A DNA stretch of 64,000 nt, taken from the NCBI RefSeq assembly GCF_009914755.1, contig NC_060926.1; one strand, 5' to 3'. Source of the DNA: the human T2T-CHM13v2.0 reference genome, Homo sapiens. Below, in pieces: positions 14,039 to 29,159 of the stretch; position 1 is the stretch's first letter; the number at the start of each line of letters is the position of its first letter. Below the pieces are notes generated by a model that did not search any database, was not told the DNA's origin, and saw only the letters and a program-made list of their open reading frames with translations. The position numbers and the translations under genes are program-made.

Positions 14039-17000
14039 TCAAACACTATTAGATACCTATATTTTCTAATTTGTTCATAAGCAAAATATAAATCACATTT
14101 TACTTCATATATATTAAATGTACACGTAGATCAATCTTAGGGCAAGACTGGTCCTTACGTTTGGAGATGTGAACCATAGGCCCATGATTTACATATTTAA
14201 AACATAAGGAGTCAGAGCTAGTAATACCTACCTCCCAAAATTATTGCAAAGTTTAAAGATATATATGTGACATGTCTTTGTCAATGTCTATGTGCTGTAA
14301 CAAGATAAATATTCCTAAAATTTAAATAAGATTAAATCAAATCTCTGTGTCCTAATTTAAGGAAATTTAATGCATGAAAATCCAAACATATATGACATAT
14401 GCCAGCAACCAAAATTTTATATGTGTAGCAGTTCTATTTTAAAAATATAGTTCATATTGGGACTAAGAAAAGACAAGTATTTTTCTTTTTTTAAAAAAAA
14501 TCTACATTTTACTGCTACAGAGGAGACAAATAAATGGTTATAAGTTACTTATCAAAGATCACGAGGATAATAAGTATAGGGGCTGGAACTATGACCTAGG
14601 TGTTAGAATTTCCTTCTACTTCACAAGGAGAATTTATATAAATGTTTGTATATAGTGACACACTGAAGTGAATTGAAATAAGATTGAAGTCTGTAATAAA
14701 AAGTATTGTTACACTAATTTCTCTTTTTAAACACTGCCTGAAAAAGGAATAACACAAAGTTCATGTCCAAAGAAATAAGAAAATAAACCATAACTTCAAG
14801 CCACAAGCAATGAAGAGTATCTGCAAGACACTGTAAAATCTATACACACAAGAAAAAAAAAAATAGAGGCAATTCATGGTTCCCTCAACTCTGAAAGTGG
14901 CTCAGAATTCAGTCACTTTTCTGATACCATTCTTAAAATAATACGATTTAGGGACATGGGGTAAAACCATGGGAAGAGAATAACGTCCCCAAAGTCCCGA
15001 GTTTCATAATGCCAAATAGAAGACAGAATTGAAAAAGGAAATATGTTCTATTACCCAAAGCATAGAAAGGTTAAAATAACTTTCCAAGACCGCAAAGCTA
15101 GTAATTGGAGGTGGCAGGATTTGAACTCAGACACTCGGGTTCTCAAATCAGGGCACTTCAGCATTACACCTTTCTCATGTCTCAGGAAAATACTTCTATG
15201 TCTTAAGTGGCCTAGCACAGTGTTTAGCACATTTGCATGCTACCTTCTGTGCACAATATTACACATTTTCCATCTTGTCTAGGCCTAACCACCCGCTTAT
15301 GAAAGCAAGCCAATTTACCTGCCCTCACATTGCTACTTCAGTTACCCTAGCACTGTGCTGACTTCTCGATCCTCACAGACACCATACTCAAGCTTCCCCT
15401 AGTAAAAGCAACAGCAAATTACAGAAACAAAAACAACCAAACAAAATCCTCTTTATCCTTTCACTTTTTTAATCCACGCACACCACAAACAATTATAATG
15501 TGGCTTCTTCCCTCACTCTCTAAGTTACCAGTTCCTGCCAACTCTACTCTGAAGAATTCCTATGTCCAGTCCTTAGTGACTTGTCATGCTGTTACTGCCC
15601 ACACCATTCTTTGCTTTAATTAGTGCAATGTATAGTGAGATACCATCTTAAAACATATTCACATGCTTTCTTTTTGACACTTCTTTTTTCTGTTCTTTCA
15701 CCTATTCAGCTAAAAGAATCCATTAACTTCAGAAAAATTAGGATTTTATAGCAGAGATGCAAAGATAATGAAAGTAAAACTTCAGCATTTGAATTCCAAA
15801 TTAAGCTCCTGAAAGCATAGTTATGAATTCAAATATTGGGGAAGAAATTTTTAAAAGGCTTTAATATACCCCAAAACAATGCCTTGAAAAACCAGTCAAA
15901 AGATTATTCAATAAACTGAATTGAGTTGGTTTTATTAAAAAGGGATAGAGAAAGTTCTAGGTGATATTTCCTTGAGAAAAAAATTGAGTTTCCACTGGCT
16001 AGGAGTGCGTTTCAGAGGGAAGGAGGGAGGAGGGTTTTGATCGTCTAGTGTAAGGCCACAGAGATGATGGAGTCAACATTGAAAGCCTTCCCAGTCTCTG
16101 GTCAACGAGCACCCAGGAGGCTCCATGAAAAGTGACGCTTGTGTACAGGTGTCTGAGGGAGGCCCGCATGTCGAAAGAATCGAAGAGCTGAGGTTACAGT
16201 CTTTCTCATCACTATCTTTGTGGGCTTCCCCTTTGCAATGGTCCGAAAGTTTCCCATTGGTTCTCTAGAAAGAGTGGACCTACATGGCTTCAAGGCTTTG
16301 CTCTCCTACCTAATATACTCTGTGTACACAATTTCCTTATCAATGGGAGCCCTCCTCATTAACTGTAGCCCTAAAATAGAGGGTATAGTCCAGAGCACCA
16401 GGAAGGTTAGTATCAAAGTTTGGAAATAAAATTATTCTAGCTCCCAGGAGCTACACTTGGGTCAATTTTCTCCTCCAAGAGTACAAGGATGGAATTTGTC
16501 TCCAGCTTGTGGAGATTTAAATTCTACTTCCTATTACAGTTTTTTAAACTGTTTTACATATCCATGATTTTTTCTTGTTTTATTTCAAACTTCCATAAAT
16601 CACAGGGTTCTTTTTAGTTTTTCATTTTTAAAGTATAGATTTATCACCAATGTATTCCAATAAATGTGTACACACTTCTTACAATATACAAATTAATTAC
16701 AATTTTTTTTTACCAAAATTTCAGCCTTTGTTGCCTGGATATTTCGAATTTCTTAGTTTCCAGATACAATCCTAGCTACTTTTCAATGTTGTCTGTACAA
16801 TTCCCCATTCTTTACCCAATGCACATTCCTCACTGATCTATTCAACATTCTTCAGACACTAAAGTTTGTTTATAACACTCTGCATATGCCAGAAACAACT
16901 GAAATAAAAACCCACAATACCTTTTTCTGTTGTTTGCTTGCGCAAAATTCTGCTCCACTTACAGGAGGAAACATTGGAGGAAGGTAATTTCAGCTCTTTT

Positions 17001-18699
17001 CCTGTTCTCCTTCATTTGTTCTTCCACCAGGAGAAGGACCTACTTATCTGAGTGGGGATTTGAGTAAAATGACCTAAATATGTGTGACTTGAAGTCTTAT
17101 CTTCTCTAAGGCTTATCGCCCTTAATTAGGCACAAGTGTACCTAATTACTCTTCAAGCTGCAGTAAACCAGTGGGCAAATTCCACTCCTCATGAGAAAAG
17201 ACCTGATGTTTTAGGTAGGTGATTTTAATTAAGAGTGTGAATCAGTAGGAAACCTACTCTGGCAATATCAGAAATAAAGCTGACATATGATCACCATCTG
17301 TCTGACTATTGCACCTATTTTTTGTGGTTTCAGAGGGAAAATACAAGAAGAAACTATTATCCTCAAACACTATCACTTAATTTGGAAAACTTTGAGAAGG
17401 CATTGAGGATCAAAGAAAGATTTGGAAAGCTCAAGCCTTTTTTCTGGTGTGGCAAAACTGTAAGCTTTAGTGACTTAGTGTTTAATAAATTTAGGCCATG
17501 AAAAGCCTTAAACATGATTGCTTATAGAAGCTCATGTGGATGGCACCACAGGCAAGTGTTACTTTTATTGGGCATTGAGTTGTTTTCTAAAAGGCAAGGA
17601 AGACAGGAAGGACGTCAGCAGAATCTGAACTAAGCAGGCAAGACTGAGATGGTGAAGAGATTACCAGAAGAAGCTAGCGTTACCTCTCTATTTAAGAATC
17701 ATATTAGAATTTCTGGGGTCCCTATATACAACACTTTTTTTTTTTTTGCTACGCTACTGTTGAGATAAATTATTTGTATTTATTCTATTTCTCAGTCATG
17801 TCTATAAATCACTTGACAAAAGAAAATAAGTTTGATTTGGTTTACAAAATAGTAATATGTACTTAGGGAGCATTTAAATTAAAAACATGAGCTCATAATT
17901 GGTGACAAGAGTATTTGCTCCTTTCAATTCTGTTGTGTTGGAAATACAACTTGCACAAAATGAAGAGTATATTTAAGGAGATTACTGCAATATGGCCACT
18001 TCTTTGCCTTCCGTAACACACACAAAATTTGCTATATCAAACTTATACGCACAATATTTTGGTTTTAGGAATTAGGTTGGCCCAGGGAGTGAAAGGATAA
18101 ATGACAACAGGCAATAGAAAAAAATCTAGGGTGTTTTAGATAAGGAAGAAATAACTTCTACCTTCAAACTTAGAGAAAATTAAGGAATTTAAAGATAAAA
18201 TCAATTTCTGGGAGAAATTTACGATGTTGGGTGATAGGCTAGAAAAATATAAATGTTACAGCTGACTCAACAAGCTAGAGCTAATACTCATGGAGAATAT
18301 ACTGGTATTGTTGTACCATTTTTGAAAATAATTGTTTGTACCAATCAATAGATGCCTGCTTCCTTGACTATCCTGAGGGCCTCTTCCTCTGGTTTCTAGG
18401 ATAGCTCAGACCCTTCTTTAGCAGGGTATTTTTCATAAAACCTAGCAATTAAAAAGAACACCAGCCATAGCAAGAGACTTTCAGGACTTGCTTTAACTTC
18501 TAGCTTACATTTCTGATTGGTCTGTGCCAAACTAGTTGATACATATTTTGGTTTTGGTTTATTATTATTATTTTATAATTTTTTTAACTTTAAGCTCTGT
18601 TGGACCTGCTTGACAAATATGTTGAATATTATCCTTGCCCCAAGACATAATTCATCTTTAAGATGAGCCATAAAAATGGTGAATGGCCTCATCATCCGG

Positions 18700-19118
18700 A
18701 GTAACACTCTTGTCTCCTGGCCACAGATAATGAGGACACAGATTCACAAAGAGTAAGGTTGAGAGCAGAAGTTTAATAGGTGAAAGAAAGAGAATAGCTC
18801 TCTGCTGCCGAGAGGAGTCCCAGAAAAATGGGCTGCTGGATCCATGATGAAATGCAAGGGGTATTACAGATGAGCTGGTGAGGAGGTGGTGTCTGATTTA
18901 CATAGGGAACAAAAGACTGGTTGGAGTAGGTGTGCCATTTGCATAGGGTGCAAATCTCTAGTAGCCCCCACCCTAATCTTTTATTATGCGGGTGGCTTCT
19001 CTGCCTAAGCTGCACCATGTGCCCCTTTCTTTATTACTGTACACGTGCTAAGAAAAAAAGAAGATGGAGCCCCCATGTTGGACATGCCTGGCACCCAGCT
19101 AGCCCTTTTCTGTTGGCA
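18700..19118 (-). mobile_element. ERV1 MER4-group LTR fragment (MER50/MER83-like)
   Basis: The minus strand shows an LTR layout: ccaaccagtc...tatgtaaatcagacaccacctcctc, and polyA signal attaaa within ctttcacctattaaacttctgctc. Subfamily uncertain. Confidence 0.7.
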
Positions 19119-20039
19119 AAATGAATCTATGGATCCTAAGTCTAGTATCATTATATTAATTTTAAAATAATAATTATTATAAATAAGAATACAGATATGT
19201 GATTTTCCTCAAGGAATGCATTTAGGACTGTAAGGACCAGTTTGAGAAAGTGAATTACAATAAAAGGGATAAAAGGAGGAGGACTCTAATACCCTCATTT
19301 CCAGCCTGGGTAAGATGTTATTCTGCTGACAGAATCCTTCTATGTAGAATTATACAACTGAATGAGGTGTATAATGTGAGAGAACATGATATCTCAACAT
19401 TTGACTCATTTAATGTATTATTCTGGGAAAACCCAGAATTACTTGATTTATTGTCTCCAAATATGGGGGAACATATAAGACACTGAGGAAAAATACTTTA
19501 GAAAGGTAAGTATGGAACAGAAGAAAGATCAAGCAAAGAGTAGATATTTAGCATACAGCAGCAGAGAAGAGAGACAAACTGAAAAATCAAGTTACAAATG
19601 TTAAACAAACAAGCCAAAAAAAACAGCCTGATTGGAACTAGAGAAACAACAAAAGAAATAAAAAAAACCAGAGGACCATTACATTGCTACCAAAAATGAT
19701 GAGGCAGAAAAATATATTTCTGCTGCTACTGAAGAAGCACAACTTATTCAAGGCTTAGAAAATTCAAAAGTTTAGGCCAGGGAGAGGGTTTTGGTTTTCT
19801 GAATAAAGTACTACAGAGGTGTTATTTCTGACTAGTATCCCAAGCACACAGTCTGCTGAAGCACGAAGAGCAGCTTCACTCAGGAATCTACTCAGAATTG
19901 TTGTCCTGTCTCAGAACAGACAGGAGAGACATAGTTCACACTTCATGCAACCCGGGAAGTTCAGAGCAGCACAAGCCTTAAAAGGAAAACACAGATATTT
20001 AATGTGTCATGTGAGGATGAAAGTCTGCCTCAAGCAATG

Positions 20040-21508
<1,469 letters not shown>

Positions 21509-23511
21509 ATGTAAATATGTATTTTTCTCATTTATTCCTAATAAATGGACAATTTAGCTAAACCATCCCACTTGAAGAATACCTTCTCACTTCTTTCCAT
21601 CCAAGTGATTTCAAGAATTAGAATGTAATGCTTAGAGGTTGTAAGCTCTACTCAGAGTAAAAATGCATTCTTATTTGGTTATGCAAAATTCACAGAAAGC
21701 TTCAAAGAACTATGGATTCGAATAACAACAGAACCTAGAAAAGGGAAACATAATAGAAATTGCCTGTTATGTAATGATAAGGTGATTCATTGAATTTAGA
21801 TTTTTCTTGTGGCAAACACAGTCCTCCATCACTTCCTTTCCCTCGCTGTAAGCTGAAAACTGTGTTCTAACTTTTTAAGGAGTGAAAATATATTAAACAT
21901 TCTATACTGCTGATTTCTATTTATGAAATCACACCCAAAATTAGCAATCAAGAAAGAACAGTAGACTATAAAGTTCATCTTTTTAAAAATACAAAAATAT
22001 TATAATTTTAAACATCAAGCATATAGATTGTAAATTAATTAATAACTTTGTGTATATGAGGACAAATATATTTAAATCGTACACTAGAGAATGCTTTTTC
22101 CTGCGTAAAATACAAACTTTATTTGATATCAAATTAAGCTTCTCTGAATTTTCAAAATAAAATGACAAGGCTATTTCACATCAAATAAAAAGCAAGAATG
22201 ATCACCCTCACATAAAAAAATACAGAAAAAATATAAGTTGAAGTAGAGGTTCAACAAAAATGACATAAAATCTGACATGAGTGGCCAACATTTTAAATTA
22301 TCAATAGGAAACTCAATATGATAGATCTCTTAGTAAACTTCAGTTTGAAACAACAATAAGTACTGTTTACCAAAACATAAAACCAATTTTCAGAAAACTA
22401 TCACTCAATTTGAAAAATGGAATATGGTACCCACGGCAAATAAGAAAAATACACACCATACACTGAATAGAGGGAACAAAAAAGGCAATCAACTTTCATA
22501 TGAATCAAGAGAACACCAACTTATTAAAACTTCCCATAACAACTTTTGTAAAAACTAGAAACTATGATACATAAATTATAAAAAAAAGCATATCCTATAT
22601 GATCATGTGTAGAAAACTGTAATTAAAGAGGTTGTTTTTATTAATTGCATAATCTAAAAATATGAGGAAATTTTGGACTATATCTCTAGAAAAGACCACA
22701 GAGGTATCATTGAGATACACATTTCTTGAGTTAATGGGCAAAGTTCCTGCTTTCATGAAATATCTGCCTCTTTTCACACAGTGAAACCAAGAAAAATTAT
22801 ATCAAATGAGAAATCTTTTTTCTCTAAATTACTCTTAAGTACTCCAATAATGCAATACTTGGAAAATATAATTTTTAAACACAGACTTGAAATAGATTAT
22901 TTTTAAAAATACACAAATCTTGTGTCTTGGCACCAGATTTTTCAAAAACTAAATAGTTGTTTAAACCGCAAATAAAAGAAATACTACTATTCTACCTGAA
23001 GCTATACATTTAGAACTACGTGGCAATTTCTTGAAAAATAAAATGGAAAGGGTATTTTTACAGTCTCTGGCGTGCTTTCATGAATGTGTCTGGTGCAGAA
23101 AAGCATATCCAATGCTTTAGAAAAATAATATAAAAATAAGATTTATGCTCCAGGCAATTTAAGTAAAATCCAAATATTTATTTTTAGATGTGTCATGATA
23201 TTTTTGATTATTAAGTAGTTGGATACTTGATACAGGTATTTCTGTCTATATCATTCTGTCTGTGAATGATTCTTTCTTTTTAGTGAAGAGTTAAACCCAA
23301 ATTAAGCAACCATGATTTCTCTTGTATATTAGTAAACTTGTTATATACCTCTTTATTCTTTCAGGCTTTTAAACTGCATAACCTTTTTCAATTTAAAACT
23401 TTGTGGTATATTTACCACATATGTATTGTGAATTTTGAATTTTGAATTCAACTTTAGCACCATTTTTGTTGAACCTCTATTTGAACTTATATTTTGTTTG
23501 ACCCATGTCAA

Positions 23512-23526
23512 AGAACAGGCTGTTCT
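23512..23526. promoter_or_regulatory. Perfect palindromic NR3C hormone response element (GRE/ARE/PRE/MRE)
   Basis: AGAACA-ggc-TGTTCT is an exact consensus match. Function is untested. Confidence 0.5.
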
Positions 23527-23741
23527 TAATACAAATGGCAATCTCAGGCAAATATTTACATACAGGTCTTCACACTATACAAACTGTGTGAACTGAAACC
23601 TGAGCTCTCATATGAAAACTGGAGAATAGGAAGGATACTGAAAACAACCAACAGCCTCCAACCTCATTTTCAATGTGCAGATAGTGGATTTAACATCCCA
23701 CTTTATTAGAGGGTAGGCATGTTGTCTTCTTTCATTTATTA

Positions 23742-24052
23742 ATTTATTATTTTATTTATTTATTTGAGACAGGGTCTCATTCTGTTACCCACGCTGGAGT
23801 GCAGTGGTGTGATCATGGCTCAGTGCAGCCTCGACCTCCTGGGCTCAGGTGATCCTCTCACCTCAGCCTCCAGCATAGCTGAGACTACAGGCACAAGTCA
23901 CCATGCCCAGCTAATTATTTTTTGTATTTTTCTTTAGAGATGGGGTTTTGCTATGTTGCCCAGGCTGGTTTCAAACTCCTCAGCTCAAGCCATTTCCCTG
24001 CCTTGGCCTCCCAAAGTGCTGGAACTATAGGTGTAAGCCACCCCACTGCACC
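23742..24052 (-). mobile_element. AluJ
   Basis: Antisense dimer (gagacagggtctc...cctcctgggctcag). TSD ttcatttatta at 23731-23741 and 24055-24065. Confidence 0.92.
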
Positions 24053-24241
24053 TATTCATTTATTATTATCAATTCAACAAATATTTCCTTAGTGTCTATT
24101 ACATGAAAGTACTGTGCTAGAAACCGGAAATGCACTATTCAGTAAAAATAGATTTTTCTGGATGTCCTGGGATTTAAAGTCTCAGGGAAACTGGGTAAAT
24201 ATGACAGATTTGTATTTTATGATCAAGGACTGTACAGTCTT

Positions 24242-25605
<1,364 letters not shown>

Positions 25606-26659
25606 TTACAGTGGGTCATCTTCTAGAAATGGTTCCTTTGAGAAAGTGGTGTGCATTGAGATCAATCATTAATGACTAGCAATTGTTAATTGGAATCAGA
25701 AGATAATCAGCCTTGAAAAAGAAGAAACAGCTGGGGTAACAGCATCAGACAGAAAGAAAAGCATGTTTATTTGAAACTGTAATAAGAGGGTATTAATGAA
25801 AATAAGTTTCTGTAATGCCTTATGGGACATGTAAAAATTATGATTTTTATTGCAATCTTATTAAGAAGGAGCTAAGTGATTTAATGGGAAAAAGTATATG
25901 ATGTATTTTTAAAATTATGTTTTTGTTTATAAAAGATTATGTATGCTGTGGGAAATAAGTTGGGCTGTCAAAAGTATGGTTGTGTAGTCACTGAGAAAAC
26001 CTGAGTGAGGGACTTAAGTAATTGATGGATGAAAGATGATGGTGTCTTAGAATCAAATGTTTGTAATGGGGAAATATTTTCTATTTCAAGATATTTAGAA
26101 AAAAATGACTAGATTGTGTTGTTGATTAATATAGCATGATGACGCCTGAAGTCTAAAATCATTTGTACCTTTTGTCTATTTTGAAATAGGATATTAACCA
26201 ATTCTCAACTTTCTCTAAGCTTTTAGCTCTCACCTGCTGCACAGTTTGGCACTGTCTAGGAAACTAAAACAGTTTCATAAAATATAGAATATGTTAGACT
26301 TGTTCAAGTCATAAATTTGAGTCACTACTGAATTCAGTTTTCCGAAAATTAACTTACCTCAAATTTCTATTTTCTGGCTAAGAATAATCTCATGCTACAT
26401 AATTTTAGTCTTTCTCCATTTCTAGCCACATAAATAGACTATGACTTTCTCTGCAGGCTAATTTAACAAAAGCATAGGAATTATCACTTCAGGAGAGTCT
26501 TTTGCTATACGAAAGTAGAGAACATTAGATATCATGCTGCGTTGTTAGTCTCCCTCACAAGCCCAGTGGTTCATTTCTGCAGATAAAGGTTATAGCAGCA
26601 AGCAGAGTTCAGAATTGCACCCCAGAAAAATGATAGATTACACATGTCATGAGCATGGA

Positions 26660-27050
26660 GAGTTACTAATGAATGATTGTCTTTACCATGGCCTACAAAG
26701 CTCTTTTTTTTTTCCTGTTTTTTTACCAACCTGAGTGACCTGTTCTCCTTCCACTGACCTTGCTCAATCTGCTCTTCCTGCTGATTCTTGAACATGCCAA
26801 ACTTATTTCTGAATTAGAACCCCTGCACCAGCTGTGTCCTTTGCTGAAATTCACTTCTGCCAAATCCTCTACTGTTTTTTTTTCCCTTGCTTTATGCAAG
26901 GTTTTATTCAATATTCCTTCTTCATGTCTCCGATCATACTATATTTTTTGGCCACTATTCTCAAGTTCTTCATCTTGTTTATTTTTTATCAATAACACTT
27001 GATATTATTGTTTACCTGATAGTATTTTGTATCTTAAAATTTTTTTTGCT
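26660..27050 (+). mobile_element. L2 relic (continues at ~28200-28300)
   Basis: atggcctacaaagc...cttgaacatgccaaac, resuming later as aaatataaacttgaggag...gggactttatc. Highly diverged. Confidence 0.55.
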
Positions 27051-27053
27051 TAC

Positions 27054-27418
27054 TTTAGCAGGCTAAATAACCCTCTCTCCCAATACATCATGTCCTAATT
27101 GCCGAACCTATTACCTCACACTGTGAAAGGGACTTTGCAAATGTGATTAAGGATTTTGAGATAAGCAGAGTATCCTGGATTATACAGGTGTGTACCATGT
27201 CTAACAAGGCAGGAGGATTACAGTGAGTAATAGTAGGTGCAATGATGGAAGGAAAAAATTGAAGTAATTTGAGAATAAAGTCATAAGTTTCCTTTTTCAG
27301 CTTCTAAAAGGAATTTCCACCTTGACTTCAGGCTGCTGACCTCCACAACTACAAGAGAATATTTGTATTGGTTTAAGCGAATAACTTTATAGTAGCTTTT
27401 TATAGTAGCGGTAAGAAA
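27054..27418 (+). mobile_element. MLT1 (MLT1D-like) MaLR LTR
   Basis: aaagggactttgcaaatgtgattaagga...cctggattat...gacctccacaactacaagagaata. The terminal aatac appears displaced to ~28192-28197. Confidence 0.8.
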
Positions 27419-28186
27419 TATAGGAAAGTTTAAACTTTCCCTTTGAATTTTTGATAATTGAGTCACCCTGCAAAAGTAAACTGACAATATACAAATTAGC
27501 AGAAGAAAAGGCATACACATTTGTTAACATGCACATGTACATGAGGATCCCACAAATCTGAGACTCAAAGAAGGACTGGATGACTGAGGCTTAAATCCCC
27601 TTTTCAGAGGGAAAAGGGAACTCAGAGATTGGGCAATTGTGAGGAGTAGTAAATTATTTTCAGAGAGAATAAATGGGGCCAAAGAGCAGACAGTAGTTAG
27701 TAAAGGATTCTCTTTGGAAACTGAGTGGGACTGACAGGAAGGTGAGGGGCAGAACTGCACTGTGAACAAAGGTTATCTTATAATGCAGACAAATTCTCTT
27801 AACTAATCTCTCAGAGCCACTGTTAGAAGGACGAATAGATGAAAAGTCTGTCTGGGTGTGGTGATAACTTGTAGTCTCTTCTTTTCTCTGGTGATTAATC
27901 TTTTCTGATTATTTAATGAAATTCCTGGCGGCGGGGAGGGGAGGTTAAGACAATTATTTCTTTTGGAAGCATATTTCCTCAGTCAGATCAAGAAAGTTTC
28001 AGAGACAGCTTTCCCCTGCACTTGGGAAAGTGGGATGGGGTGGGGTGTTGGGAAGGATACAAGGGAAGGTTAGAAAGTCCTTGGTTTTAAGACAACTTCT
28101 AAGGTCTTTAAATTTCCTTGAATTAAAAAGTGCTCAGCAAGTCAAAGCACCATACACTTGACGATGTCTTTCTCTATGCCCCACCA
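27419..28186 (-). mobile_element. ERV1 LTR (MER31/MER67-like) nested at the end of MLT1
   Basis: gacaatatacaaattagcagaagaaaaggcatacac...aagtgctcagc...tatgccccacca. Subfamily uncertain. Confidence 0.65.
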
Positions 28187-29117
28187 AAAATTAATACTGA
28201 TAATTTCTACCTACTCCACCAAAATATAAACTTGAGGAGTGTAGGGACTTTATCTTACTTACCACTACATGTTGCTCAAATTAGGTAATTAATAACCATT
28301 TCCAAAAGAAATGATTTATATCAAGAATTAAAATAATAAATACAGAGTCTAGGATATACCAAACACACAAGAGAGAAATGCACAGACATACATATACATC
28401 ACAAACATGCACACACATACACAATTGATACATAGAGTATATTTTTCATATGTGTGAAAACTACTACTCATAGTTAAATATACATATATATTTCAAAAGG
28501 AGTTTATCATACCTCTTTTTGTTCTCACAAATATAAAAAGAATGCAGGCAAGATAAGAAAGGTTAATTTAGTATAATAACCATTCTTAGTGAATTGGATG
28601 AACCATGTTAATCAAGTAGATATACAGAAAGAAGCTCTTTTGTAACTCAGCTTTTCAGCACTAAGTGGTTCAGCAATAAACAGTGTTTGACTTTTAAGAA
28701 GAAACAGTGAATAATCATAATTCAGAGCCGAGTAGAAAAACATATTGTCTCAATATTACTGAATTTAAAGGCTGAATTTTCAGCCTTAGAGGAGACCATG
28801 ATTACCACTGAGGCCAGTCAGAGCTCAACTAACAATAGTCTACTGCCCTGGCCAGCCACCTACAACGGTATCCTGGCAACCCTGGATGTTTCATTCAAGC
28901 CAGAAGCATTATAATAGTCCTACTTTGGATTTAAGAGTGAGATTGTGATGCACAATTTATTTGAAATTAAAATAAAAAGGCCATTATCAAATGTAATTCA
29001 GATGCTCATATTAATAATTGGTTTCATCTTGCTAGTTACACACTGCAGTTAACTTTGTGCACTTGTTATATAGACAGGATAATCCTCAGCTTTCCCTTTG
29101 CCAAATAAATTCCTTAC

Positions 29118-29159
29118 CTACACTGATGATGCGATTTCCTAGTCTTCCAATGTATTCAG
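29118..29159 (-). other. Candidate 42-nt exon
   Basis: ttgctattctattttaatag|CTGAAT...GTGTAG|gtaagg. Phase 1-1 open frame EYIGRLGNRIISV. Confidence 0.35.
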
